A DNA stretch of 64,000 nt from a virus, in the IMG/VR virus record IMGVR_UViG_3300041405_000060, positions 12,757-76,756 of that record. The stretch is one strand, 5' to 3'. The notes below the pieces were generated by a model. The model did not search any database, had not been told where the DNA came from, and saw only the letters and a list, made by a program, of their open reading frames with translations. This document shows, piece by piece, positions 18,332 through 27,776 of this stretch (positions are counted from its first letter, which is position 1; each line of letters begins with the position of its first letter). The translations under genes were made by a program, and so were the position numbers.

Positions 18332-19679
18332 GGTCAAACTATCGAAACTGCTTCCTAGCTTCGAATCCGAAGAGGGTGCAGCTGAAACTGTCGATGCCAA
18401 AGAAGTAAGTGCTGAACTGGGCAAAGACGCTGTGCAACAAGTGGCTGACGATGGTTCGGGTAAAGGTGAGGTTGCAGAAGCTGCTTTTGAGGTAGATGTA
18501 GATGGTAAAGACTTTACCGCAATCGACGAAGCTTCTAAACGCCAAGGCGAAGCGATCCACCAAAAACTGGAACGTCTTGATGAAGCCTGCGTATCGACTG
18601 AAGCATACCTGGCTATTCTTCGCAAGTCAACTCGGTTTGGTTTAGAGTCAGCCTCGGCATCTGTTATTGCCCATGACCTGCGTGGCATGTATCCCAAGTT
18701 TTTCTCTAAGTTGAATGCATCGTTAGAAGCAATCGATGACGAAAATGAACCAGCCCGTATCGGCCATACTCAAGAAGCTGAGAAAGAAGCTACCGGTAAA
18801 TTGGATAAGCTGAAAGGCGCAGTTGTTGAAGGCTGGAAGAAGTTCATGGCGTGGTTGAAAGAACGCTGGGTAAAACTGAAAGGGCTTTTCGATAAAGTCT
18901 TTGGGCGCACCAAGAAAGTGAAAGAAGCTAATGCCAAGTTGCTGGCTTCTCCTACTCCTGAGACAGCTGCCGAAGTTACTAAAGTTCTAGGTGGATCTGC
19001 TCCGTCTGAAACTACAGACGAACCCGCAGCTAAAGAACCAGCTGCCCCAGCAAAGAAAGAGCGTGTGACGGTTGCTAACATCGGCGTGTTGTCTGGTAAA
19101 GATCCTCTCGACATGAAGAAGATTAACCTGAAGGTTCTGACTGATCTTCATAATAACTGGATGAAACCCACCGCTGCTTCCATTAAAGAAGTTCTTCGTT
19201 TGATGCTTGGTGACGAATCTAAATCCGCTCAGATGATCGACATCCAGAAAATCGCCCAAGAGATCATCAAAGTTGAGTTTTCTCCAGAACAAGGTCTATT
19301 GCCCAGCAATTACCAACTAGAGGGAACAGACAACAAGTGGGGCTTTAAAATGGTCCAACACGACCAGCCAGAGCAGCTCACCGATTACGAAGTGCTAGGT
19401 CCTGATGCTGTTAAACGTCTGTTGAGTACCAATGACGAGACTCTGGATATTGCACTGGAAATGGGGGAGATATGGGTTAGTGTTCAAGCCGATATTGCAA
19501 AGATTACCGAAGAAACTAAATACATGATGGATATCGGTAAAGCTGCAGACTTCAAAAAGTGGGTTACGGAATATCTGACTACGCTTAGTAACTCGGATGT
19601 TGTACCTTTGACTAAGCTGATTATCCAAGCAACCACTGCACGTCTGTTGTTGTTGTCTGAGATGACCATGGCAAAGTAA
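18324..19679 (+). CDS. Inner head (ejection/inner body) protein
   Basis: Acidic N-terminal propeptide with SFE, STE, GLE and SLE sites, then an amphipathic WKKFMAWLKERW helix typical of phiKZ inner-head paralogues. Confidence 0.7.
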   Translation: MAKVKLSKLLPSFESEEGAAETVDAKEVSAELGKDAVQQVADDGSGKGEVAEAAFEVDVDGKDFTAIDEASKRQGEAIHQKLERLDEACVSTEAYLAILRKSTRFGLESASASVIAHDLRGMYPKFFSKLNASLEAIDDENEPARIGHTQEAEKEATGKLDKLKGAVVEGWKKFMAWLKERWVKLKGLFDKVFGRTKKVKEANAKLLASPTPETAAEVTKVLGGSAPSETTDEPAAKEPAAPAKKERVTVANIGVLSGKDPLDMKKINLKVLTDLHNNWMKPTAASIKEVLRLMLGDESKSAQMIDIQKIAQEIIKVEFSPEQGLLPSNYQLEGTDNKWGFKMVQHDQPEQLTDYEVLGPDAVKRLLSTNDETLDIALEMGEIWVSVQADIAKITEETKYMMDIGKAADFKKWVTEYLTTLSNSDVVPLTKLIIQATTARLLLLSEMTMAK

Positions 19680-19729
19680 GCCCATCTACGGAAGCTTATA
19701 GTGAAGGTCCGGATAGCACATTTACGCAC

Positions 19730-20011
19730 ATGGGTAAAACCTACAGTGTGGATCGTCTACTAGCCGTGACACGGAATACACCCGTTGTTGATTTTCCATT
19801 GGACCGTGTCACATGGATGATTGACGATGACTATGATGTTAAGCGCATGCGCGCTGCTGATACCTCGGTACCAGTCTGTGTCACACAGCTTTCTACAGGT
19901 GAATGGGTTACGATGGATGGTTACCACAGGGTCATTAAGGCTTTCTATGTGGAAAAGCGTAAGACCATCCCAGCTAAGATCGTCACAGCAGCAATGTTCA
20001 AACAGCTTTAA
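19730..20011 (+). CDS. Small ParB/Sulfiredoxin-like domain protein
   Basis: ADTSVPVCV...WVTMDGYHRVIKA...TIPAKIV. Confidence 0.7.
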   Translation: MGKTYSVDRLLAVTRNTPVVDFPLDRVTWMIDDDYDVKRMRAADTSVPVCVTQLSTGEWVTMDGYHRVIKAFYVEKRKTIPAKIVTAAMFKQL

Positions 20012-20077
20012 CTAAATCATTCGGTTGGTGCCTCTGGTACCAACCTTATGTAACTTTAATCCGCGGAGTAACACCAC

Positions 20078-21856
20078 ATGGCTAAGCCAGTAACTAAGAA
20101 ACCAGCAGTGAAGAAACCTGCTACCAAAAAACGTTTTCAAGATGCAATGGGCTTTCTCGCCTCGATGGAATCTGTAGCCATCGCTGAAGATAAGAACGTA
20201 TCCGTTGATGCTCCTGTACAGAAGGACGTCAAGGTTGAGATCACCGACACTGTAACGCCGAACGAAGAAGTAGGTGCATCGGTATCGAACACTCCAACCA
20301 AAGAACTGAAAGACACCACGCAAGACGGTACTGCACAAACCCAAGACGTTGGTAAAGTGTCAGTTAAAGAAACTACCGACGCTGGTAACGCAGGTGAAGA
20401 AGATGCTGTTACTAACAAGACTCCTGATGCTGTATCGGCTGGTGAGAAAGATCTTACCACTGGCGTTGTTTCTAAAGAAGACGCTATCGAAGCAAATGAA
20501 ACAGAACACCTCGAGCCAAAAGAAGCCGACGACGCAGTCATGAACGTTGAGCAGGCCGTTGAAGAGTTGGAGAACACCGGTATTACCGTTGGTTCTGACA
20601 ATGCCTTGAATCGTGCTGAAACTGTAGGTAACGACCTAGAGAACATCAACAAAGTAGAAGCCGCTCTGGAACAATACCAGACCATGCTAGTTGGCATGCG
20701 TAAAGCTGGTAAGCGCCCTACTCCTGAATTTGCTAAGTCGGTTAAGATCGCATTAGAATCTCATGACCGTAACTTCTTCCGCCCTGTCGTAACTTCCCTC
20801 GAAGATTACTCGCGCCCAGGTAACCATCTGGTTAGCGCTAAAGGTCTGGAAGCTGCCATTGGTGATAAGCTGAAAGATCTGGGTGCTGCTGCCGGTAACG
20901 CTCTGAAGCGACTGCTGGAAATGTTGATCGATGCATGGAACCACTTCACTCGTGATACCCCTAAACTGATCGAAGAACTCGACAAGACTATCAAAGCCGT
21001 ACAAGGCGCTGAACTGTCTGCTGGCGATACTCTGCAGTTCAAAGGTGGTGCTCGTCTGATGGTCAACGGTAACTTCGTTGGTGATTCGGTTGAGATCGTT
21101 AAGAATGTTGAGAAGACTGCACAGCAACTGTTGGTTGAATGGCCACAAGCTCTGATCAAACTCGTCAACACTATCGAAGCCAAAGGCAAGTCTGTCGCAG
21201 TAGCGAACGAAGATGCTGGTGGTAGCGATGGTATCGAAGATGCCGCACAAGCTGCTCTGGAAGCAACGTTCTCCCAGTTCACCCAAGTTGATTCCGGTGA
21301 TGCTCCTTCGTCAATGTCCAACTACCCAATCGTTACCCGTTCTCCGGTAATGCCTGGTAACAAAGCTATGTTCATTGGTGTACAAGACGGTGGCACTGCT
21401 GCTGTTGGTGTTGCACACATGAAACAGTTCATGAAGTTTGACTTCGCTTCTGTCGGTGACGCTGAAGGCGGTGCTGGTGAAGTTAAGATCCCTTCGAAAG
21501 AACGTGCTGTAGCTGCACTGAATGCGGTTAAAGGCATCGTTGCTAACCTGATCGGTAAAGACACCTCGATGGCTGCTCTGAAGCAACTCGCTAAGACAGT
21601 CACTTCTGAGAAAGGCACCAAAGCTGGTGATGTTGTTCAGGGTGCAATCACTGCAGCTCTGATGCAACACCGGATGTTCATGGGTTATCTGACCTCGTTG
21701 GTTAAGTCGTACATCGCTTTCTATGCCCACGTTGCTGGTGAGTCGACTGGTAAAGGCGTTGCCGTTCGTGAGAACTCTGCAGCTGCTCCTACCGATGGCA
21801 AAACCAAAGACCGCACCAAAGAAGCAGATGACGAATCTGTAGTTTCTGTTCAGTAA
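20078..21856 (+). CDS. Inner head protein (phiKZ gp162-like)
   Basis: Long acidic propeptide with SME/SKE/ALE/SLE/GLE sites; RBS GGAG; upstream TATG. Confidence 0.72.
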   Translation: MAKPVTKKPAVKKPATKKRFQDAMGFLASMESVAIAEDKNVSVDAPVQKDVKVEITDTVTPNEEVGASVSNTPTKELKDTTQDGTAQTQDVGKVSVKETTDAGNAGEEDAVTNKTPDAVSAGEKDLTTGVVSKEDAIEANETEHLEPKEADDAVMNVEQAVEELENTGITVGSDNALNRAETVGNDLENINKVEAALEQYQTMLVGMRKAGKRPTPEFAKSVKIALESHDRNFFRPVVTSLEDYSRPGNHLVSAKGLEAAIGDKLKDLGAAAGNALKRLLEMLIDAWNHFTRDTPKLIEELDKTIKAVQGAELSAGDTLQFKGGARLMVNGNFVGDSVEIVKNVEKTAQQLLVEWPQALIKLVNTIEAKGKSVAVANEDAGGSDGIEDAAQAALEATFSQFTQVDSGDAPSSMSNYPIVTRSPVMPGNKAMFIGVQDGGTAAVGVAHMKQFMKFDFASVGDAEGGAGEVKIPSKERAVAALNAVKGIVANLIGKDTSMAALKQLAKTVTSEKGTKAGDVVQGAITAALMQHRMFMGYLTSLVKSYIAFYAHVAGESTGKGVAVRENSAAAPTDGKTKDRTKEADDESVVSVQ

Positions 21857-21865
21857 GGTACTCAC

Positions 21866-23020
21866 ATGACCGATATCACTTTAATTCAGGTTAACGCTGA
21901 CCTGGCCCGACTGAACCAGTACAATCTGGCTCTCGAAGGTTTTCGGCGTGTGATGGAAGGTCGTGAAGTTGTTACTGGTCCAACGGCGATGGCAATGCGC
22001 ATCGCCTTGGAAGATGCTGAAGTCGACCTAAAGGACGACAAAGGTGTCACAGGTAAAGACCTCGTGACTGGATTCAAGAAGGTAATGGTTACTGTTCGGA
22101 ATATCATCCAGTGGCTATTGCGTACCATCGGTAAGCTTGTTGAGAAAATTGGCTTGGGTATGCAGAAGTTGGGTGAGAAAGGCCGTAAGGTCAAACAAGC
22201 TATTGCTGCTCTCCCAGAAGAACAACGCTCTGCTTTGGGTAACGGTGATACAACCGAACTCCCACAAGAAGCATTACAGCCAGAGATGTTGACGATTGAA
22301 AGTGAATTCGTTGGTAACGATGTTGAAGCTGTAAACAACGTCATTAAGATGGGTGCATGGATCAATGGTGACTTCCCTAAGATGTTTGATTCTATTCTGA
22401 CATCCGCTGAACAACTGGCACGTAAGCACATGAAGGATGAAACCTCAGAAGCTTACTTCAAAGCACTTGGTGCTGCCATTGCGTCAGGTATTAAGAAACC
22501 GACTGTTCCATTTAGCCCTGAGAGTTATTCGAACGTTGGTTCTCCTGATCAAACAAACAACACCGTTCCGTTGATGGGTAACCAAGGTCTGACTATTCCC
22601 GATGCTCGTGAAGCGTCGATGTTGGATCATAACAACCCAGTTGAAATGCTACGTAGTTGGTTTGTGTTTACCTTTGGGGAATACAACACCAAGAGCACTG
22701 GTAACGTTACTATCCCAGTAGCTGACTTCGCCACCATCACTAAGATCTCCGATATGATTAACAAATCTATCGATGAGAATAACGGTGGTGCAAACGATGT
22801 GAAGGCTATGATGGATCGTCGAGTTAATGCAGTCAATGCATTGCTAGATGAAATGACTAAGGGCGGTGGTCCAGGTGCACATGGTGAAATCGCTTTGTCT
22901 ATCGGTATCATGTTGCAACGTCTGTGTGAATGCATGACCCAAGTCCATGGTTGGTACTCACGTACACTCAATCAAGAACTTGGTTATCTTGGACAATGCC
23001 TTGCGGCTGTTGACAAGTAA
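21866..23020 (+). CDS. Inner head protein (phiKZ gp163-like)
   Basis: Two ALE sites, then an amphipathic helix and an L.I..EFVG.DVE motif shared with the previous ORF (LMVNGNFVGDSVE). Confidence 0.7.
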   Translation: MTDITLIQVNADLARLNQYNLALEGFRRVMEGREVVTGPTAMAMRIALEDAEVDLKDDKGVTGKDLVTGFKKVMVTVRNIIQWLLRTIGKLVEKIGLGMQKLGEKGRKVKQAIAALPEEQRSALGNGDTTELPQEALQPEMLTIESEFVGNDVEAVNNVIKMGAWINGDFPKMFDSILTSAEQLARKHMKDETSEAYFKALGAAIASGIKKPTVPFSPESYSNVGSPDQTNNTVPLMGNQGLTIPDAREASMLDHNNPVEMLRSWFVFTFGEYNTKSTGNVTIPVADFATITKISDMINKSIDENNGGANDVKAMMDRRVNAVNALLDEMTKGGGPGAHGEIALSIGIMLQRLCECMTQVHGWYSRTLNQELGYLGQCLAAVDK

Positions 23021-23056
23021 CGACATATTGGCTTCCCCTAGGGGAAGCCTTTATGC
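23021..23056. terminator. Bidirectional hairpin; exact inverted copy of 12887-12922
   Basis: CGACATATT-GGCTTCCC-CTAG-GGGAAGCC-TTTATGC. Confidence 0.75.
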
Positions 23057-23060
23057 TGTC

Positions 23061-23324
23061 TTATGCTGCACATGTATGTTTGCCGTCGCCGGTAGCTTGG
23101 TGATTACACGAGGCACGCATTCCCGCTAATACCACTGGAACGCCGTTGATCGTAAATAACGCACTACCCTGAACCATCACGGCACTAGCATGTGAACCAC
23201 TACCGTGACCTGTTACACTAGCGCCTAATGTAGCAATAGGCACACCATTGATGGTAGCGATAGCTTGGGTTGGTTGGATAACCCCACCTGCTGTATCAAT
23301 ACCTGCTTTTGAAATACCTGCCAT
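23061..23324 (-). CDS. PAAR-repeat spike tip protein
   Basis: DTAGGVI...INGVPIATLGASV..H...H...GS...INGVPVVLAG..ASCNH; adjacent to the spike gene. Confidence 0.88.
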   Translation of the reverse strand: MAGISKAGIDTAGGVIQPTQAIATINGVPIATLGASVTGHGSGSHASAVMVQGSALFTINGVPVVLAGMRASCNHQATGDGKHTCAA

Positions 23325-23327
23325 GTA

Positions 23328-24194
23328 TCACCCCACGATTGCGAAACCACCTGGTGCACGCATTGTAATGCTACCACCGCCAATAGAGACTGTAGGAGCG
23401 TTTATAGTGACCGTTGACGAGTCACTGACAACATCGGTCGTCTTCGTCGTTACCGCCTCTGGTGTGAGCTTGTAGGAGGTCCCACCTACCTTGAACTCAA
23501 TAGACTCGTTAGCTGACGCTTCGATCTTTTGTTTTTCGAGCTTTAGGTAAGTGCCATCTGGATTCTTGAGTTGTAGACGGTTATCTTTAGACACGATCTC
23601 AAATTCATTACCAATATCATCAGTAATTGTAAACTCGCCTTCTCCAGTATTAAACTGCATGGTCCAAGCGTAAGGTTCCCCGTTAGCTTTAGACGTACCG
23701 ATCGTAAAGTGTTTGTCGTGTGCCGATACAGCTAAGTAATAGCAAGTATTGAAGTCAATACCACCGCCACCAGGATTAGGGGAAGCGTTCCAAGTATAAA
23801 CAACTGACTCTAATGCCCGTAGACCGTTCTTCATGGCCATAGAGCGCCAGAAGTATTTGTCCGAGTCACCTAGTCGCCATACTTCAATAAGTTCGTTACG
23901 CATTACGTCAGGTGGCGTAGCACGGTTGTCTTCACCTGGATACCATTCACATGGCACCGAACGTTCTGCTGTGGTTTTTACTTGATGTGATGCACCAGAT
24001 GAGTCTTGCCATTCACGAGTTACTTCTTGAGGATTAAAAGTAATCTCTCCGTCAGTAGCCATTGCTTTCTCGTTCATAAGAACGTTCAGCATTGTTGAAT
24101 CGCGGGGTTTGTTTTCTTTTGCTGTACCGATGGAAACCATGCGGTACTTGGAAGTGGCTTGGCCACTGATTGGGTTGTTTTCAGGCTGTTCCAT
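23328..24194 (-). CDS. Baseplate central spike / needle (phiKZ gp164-like)
   Basis: OB-fold-like N-terminus (W.P..DNRATPPDV...E...VWR) and beta-helix-like C-terminal repeats; upstream of PAAR; RBS AAGGA before ATG 24194. Confidence 0.75.
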   Translation of the reverse strand: MEQPENNPISGQATSKYRMVSIGTAKENKPRDSTMLNVLMNEKAMATDGEITFNPQEVTREWQDSSGASHQVKTTAERSVPCEWYPGEDNRATPPDVMRNELIEVWRLGDSDKYFWRSMAMKNGLRALESVVYTWNASPNPGGGGIDFNTCYYLAVSAHDKHFTIGTSKANGEPYAWTMQFNTGEGEFTITDDIGNEFEIVSKDNRLQLKNPDGTYLKLEKQKIEASANESIEFKVGGTSYKLTPEAVTTKTTDVVSDSSTVTINAPTVSIGGGSITMRAPGGFAIVG

Positions 24195-24275
24195 TTTGAT
24201 TCCTTGAAGATTATACTCAGCAACCAGATCTAATGTAGACATCAGCGCTAAGAATAAGGAAGGGGGCTTTTTACT

Positions 24276-26768
24276 GTGTATTTACAGCTAGTTAGGTTAG
24301 TGCAATACAAACGATTGATGCTAAAGAACATCCAAAGTTTAGAATGGACACCAACAAAGAACCTGATGGTGATCATTGGATCGAACGGTAGCGGTAAATC
24401 GTCACTACTTGACGAACTCAGTCCACTACCATCTCATCACTCTCAATTCGATAAGAATGGGAGTAAGACAGTACACTGCATGCACAAAGGTGCTCAGTAT
24501 GTATTGAACTCTATATATGACAAAGGTACCGGTCATCACTCGTTTCTCCGTAATGACGTTGAGCTAAACGAAGGCGGTACTTATCAGATCCAACTTGATC
24601 TATGTAAGCAAGAATTCGGTTTGCAACAAGACATTCAAGATCTGCTTACAGGTCGGACCAAGTTTTCACAATTGGCAGTTAATAAACGTCGTGAATGGCT
24701 GACTCGTGCTTCGCCTGTTGATCTGGGTTATGCAATCAATTTGCTGAACCGAGTTAACGAACAAGCCAAAGCACAGAAGAACGTTATCGATCACATGACG
24801 AAACGTTTGGCTAATGAAAACATCGATATGCTCGATGACTCTGAAATCACCCGACTGCGTCAAGAACGGCAACGATTGACTGATCGGGTTAACACGTTGT
24901 TCTTACATCGTAACCCATCGACTAAACGTCAGTTTGCTCATAACGGGCAAGCCAAGGAAGATCTGGATGCATTGATTCACGATGCTAAATGGTTGTTGCG
25001 TCAGTATCCACGTTTGACGGATAACACACGTGTATTGAACAAAGGAGAATACAACCAAATCGTTAACCAGCGTTTGGCTAACGTACAGTCGGCACAAGCA
25101 GTAATTGATCGACTGTTAGAAGAACTCGAAACCATTCGAGCTACCACACCAGCACAGATTGATAAGATCTCGGTTGAAGATCTAGCTGAGTTGAATGAAC
25201 GCCTTGATCATCACATGGCTCAAGCAGCAGAAAACAATGCTGTAGTAAAAGCATACCAAGGACAGATCCCTCTGTGCCGTACTGGTTTGTTTGGTGATCA
25301 ACACGCTCGTTTAGAAGATGCATTTGAACGTGTGTACGGTATTGTGATGTCTATCCCTAATAACGAAACGGGTGAGATGTCAACATCGATTGCACATAGC
25401 AAAAAAGAACTATTGCAAGAACACAAACAAAAGCTGCGCAGCATCGAAGAGTTCATTTCTGAAACGATGCGCCGTATCGCTACACTGAAAGGATGTGACC
25501 ATGTTGAATGCCCAAACTGCAAACACACTTTCGCTCCTGGGGTCAATCCGAAAGATATACCACAACTTGAAGAAAGATTGCGAAAGGCTTCAGACGCAGA
25601 AACTCATTTCCAGCGTGAGATCAAAGCTATCGAGGAATACCTTGAACGGTACGTTGATTACGCTGGATATGTCCAGCAGTTCCAACAGGTTTCGCGGGAC
25701 CACCGTGACTACGCACCGGTCTGGGAATGGATTGTCGGTGAAGGTAGACTATTCCGTTTACCAAAATCCGTGGCCACAGATGTAATTAGTTGGCATACTG
25801 CACAACGGGCAATGATCGAAGCAGAGATTCAGATCGAACATGCTAAGCAACTTGAAGCACGACTGAAAGTAATTGAAGCTATCGACTTCGATGCTGCTGG
25901 TTACATGCTGCAACGTGCTGCTGATTTGGAAGCTGAGATCAATGCTAAGTTGCTGGCGCAGCAGTCTACCCGTGATGCTATCGAAGCATACGTTCACTCA
26001 GGTAATGATGTTGACTCGTTCATTAACAAAGTGAATGGTTGCTTGAGTGCATTTGCAGAATGGCGCGACAAAGCTTTGCAACAAGCTGAATGGTTGTTGG
26101 ATCAAGCGTTTACGTCTGAGATCGATGCAACTCATCAACAACTGGCACACGTCGGTAATCGGTTGCGTGAAGCCGAACGTCGGGATACTGAGATTCGTTT
26201 GTTGGAAGATACAGTAGCTGACGCTGCTGATGCTCATGTAGACTTTCAACTGTTGGCTAAAGCCTTGTCACCTAAAGGTGGCTTGATTGGTCAATACATG
26301 TTGGGCTTCCTGCAAGGCGTAACAAAACTGGTTAACACTGTGATCGAAGATGTATGGACTTACCCAATGGAAGTCTTGCCATCGAAGATGGATCGTGATG
26401 ATCTCGATTACAAGTTCCCACTCAGTGTTGGTAATGGTGCAGTTGAACCTACCGATATTGATCTGGGTTCAGACTCACAACGTGAGATCGTTAACTTTGC
26501 ATTTCGTGTAGCATTGTTGAAGTTCATGGGCTTTGATGACTATCCATTGATGCTTGATGAATTCGGTCGTACCTTCGATGAACAACACCGAGTTAACCTC
26601 GTGCCGTTTATTGGGCGTTTGATTGAACTCGGTCAGTACCAACAGATCTTCTACATCTCACACTTTCAATCTACACACGGTGCTTTCAACCAAGCAGAGT
26701 TCGTAGTGCTTGATCCGACTAACGTAACTGTTCCAGAACAGTATAACAAGAACATGGTAATAAAATGA
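24276..26768 (+). CDS. sbcC: SbcC/Rad50-like SMC ATPase (phiKZ gp165-like)
   Basis: Walker A GSNGSGKS, coiled coils, Zn-hook CPNC, Walker B LMLDEFG and H-loop ISH. Confidence 0.9.
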   Translation: MYLQLVRLVQYKRLMLKNIQSLEWTPTKNLMVIIGSNGSGKSSLLDELSPLPSHHSQFDKNGSKTVHCMHKGAQYVLNSIYDKGTGHHSFLRNDVELNEGGTYQIQLDLCKQEFGLQQDIQDLLTGRTKFSQLAVNKRREWLTRASPVDLGYAINLLNRVNEQAKAQKNVIDHMTKRLANENIDMLDDSEITRLRQERQRLTDRVNTLFLHRNPSTKRQFAHNGQAKEDLDALIHDAKWLLRQYPRLTDNTRVLNKGEYNQIVNQRLANVQSAQAVIDRLLEELETIRATTPAQIDKISVEDLAELNERLDHHMAQAAENNAVVKAYQGQIPLCRTGLFGDQHARLEDAFERVYGIVMSIPNNETGEMSTSIAHSKKELLQEHKQKLRSIEEFISETMRRIATLKGCDHVECPNCKHTFAPGVNPKDIPQLEERLRKASDAETHFQREIKAIEEYLERYVDYAGYVQQFQQVSRDHRDYAPVWEWIVGEGRLFRLPKSVATDVISWHTAQRAMIEAEIQIEHAKQLEARLKVIEAIDFDAAGYMLQRAADLEAEINAKLLAQQSTRDAIEAYVHSGNDVDSFINKVNGCLSAFAEWRDKALQQAEWLLDQAFTSEIDATHQQLAHVGNRLREAERRDTEIRLLEDTVADAADAHVDFQLLAKALSPKGGLIGQYMLGFLQGVTKLVNTVIEDVWTYPMEVLPSKMDRDDLDYKFPLSVGNGAVEPTDIDLGSDSQREIVNFAFRVALLKFMGFDDYPLMLDEFGRTFDEQHRVNLVPFIGRLIELGQYQQIFYISHFQSTHGAFNQAEFVVLDPTNVTVPEQYNKNMVIK

Positions 26769-26793
26769 TTGCTGTCGCAATCGTAGTTATAGG

Positions 26794-26816
26794 AGGAGGC
26801 CTTTGGGCTTCCTTTT
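26794..26816 (+). terminator. Putative intrinsic terminator
   Basis: AGGAGGCC-TTTG-GGCTTCCT-TTT. Confidence 0.55.
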
Positions 26817-26861
26817 GTCAGCTACGCAAGTTAATGTCATGACTCCATGAAATCTCAGATC

Positions 26862-26869
26862 TATATTAC
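26862..26869 (+). promoter_or_regulatory. phiKZ-type early promoter motif TATATTAC
   Basis: TCAGATC-TATATTAC-TATCTTG upstream of ORF 26902. Confidence 0.75.
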
Positions 26870-26901
26870 TATCTTGGTATATAGAAAACAAAAGAGATAA
26901 C

Positions 26902-27165
26902 ATGGGCCCTACAACAATAGATTTAATTTTCTTTGTCGTTATGGCGATAGGAATGCTGCTATTCGGCCTTACGCTTATCGCACCATTCATGATTTACATT
27001 GCTACCTGTAACGATGAAGAATCTGAGAAAGAAGCTAACAGGCGTGCTAGTGCAAAAGTGGCCGCTTGGCTAGTCGGCGCTATTGCCGTCGACTTTGCTA
27101 TCATGTTAGTAATGGTCATCGCCCATTGGTTGGGTTACATACATCTCTACAAGTTAGGCGGGTAA
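26902..27165 (+). CDS. Small two-TM membrane protein
   Basis: Two hydrophobic stretches separated by a charged loop. Confidence 0.65.
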   Translation: MGPTTIDLIFFVVMAIGMLLFGLTLIAPFMIYIATCNDEESEKEANRRASAKVAAWLVGAIAVDFAIMLVMVIAHWLGYIHLYKLGG

Positions 27166-27169
27166 CAAG

Positions 27170-27583
27170 TTGGAACGCGATTACTTCAAAGAAACACTTC
27201 CGGAATACCGTACACCAAAAGCGGCAACAGGCGTGGTTCATCACGAGAACCATTCCAGCTGGGTATCATTGTTCCTTTGCTCGAATGACAATTCGATGGA
27301 TCAGGATCAGTGGTTCTTCGCAGTTCAAGTTGTTCATTGCGAGAAGGACGATCCTTCCCGAGTCCTCAAGACTGAAGTTCACTTCTATCTGGACGAACGC
27401 GATGCATGGTTGTTCCGTGCAAAACAAATGGGTAGCGATAAAGTACACTTCGTTGACTACCAACAGGTACTTACTCAAGAAGGTCGCGTTGCTGAAGTCG
27501 GCACTATCAGAGAACAAGATTTCCGTGACCGCTCTGTGTGGGATGGTCATACGCTACAAGAAATTCGCAACCTGAAAGCCTGA
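27170..27583 (+). CDS. Hypothetical protein
   Basis: 137 aa, TTG start, in the operon. Confidence 0.6.
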   Translation: MERDYFKETLPEYRTPKAATGVVHHENHSSWVSLFLCSNDNSMDQDQWFFAVQVVHCEKDDPSRVLKTEVHFYLDERDAWLFRAKQMGSDKVHFVDYQQVLTQEGRVAEVGTIREQDFRDRSVWDGHTLQEIRNLKA

Positions 27584-27590
27584 GGTAATA

Positions 27591-27773
27591 ATGTTGAAAG
27601 GCCACTCCACTGAAAAACTAGAACTGCTCACAGAATGCGCTGCACGCATCGCCCGTGACAATCCGGCAGTAATGGAACGCATCACATCTTTCGAGATGTC
27701 GTGGTCTACAGTTGACGGCGTTGTTGTTCCAAGCGTACGCATGCAATTCAAAAATGACCCCAAGGTAATTTGA
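27591..27773 (+). CDS. Small hypothetical protein, paralogue A
   Basis: RBS GAGGT; similar to the next ORF. Confidence 0.7.
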   Translation: MLKGHSTEKLELLTECAARIARDNPAVMERITSFEMSWSTVDGVVVPSVRMQFKNDPKVI

Positions 27774-27776
27774 AAA

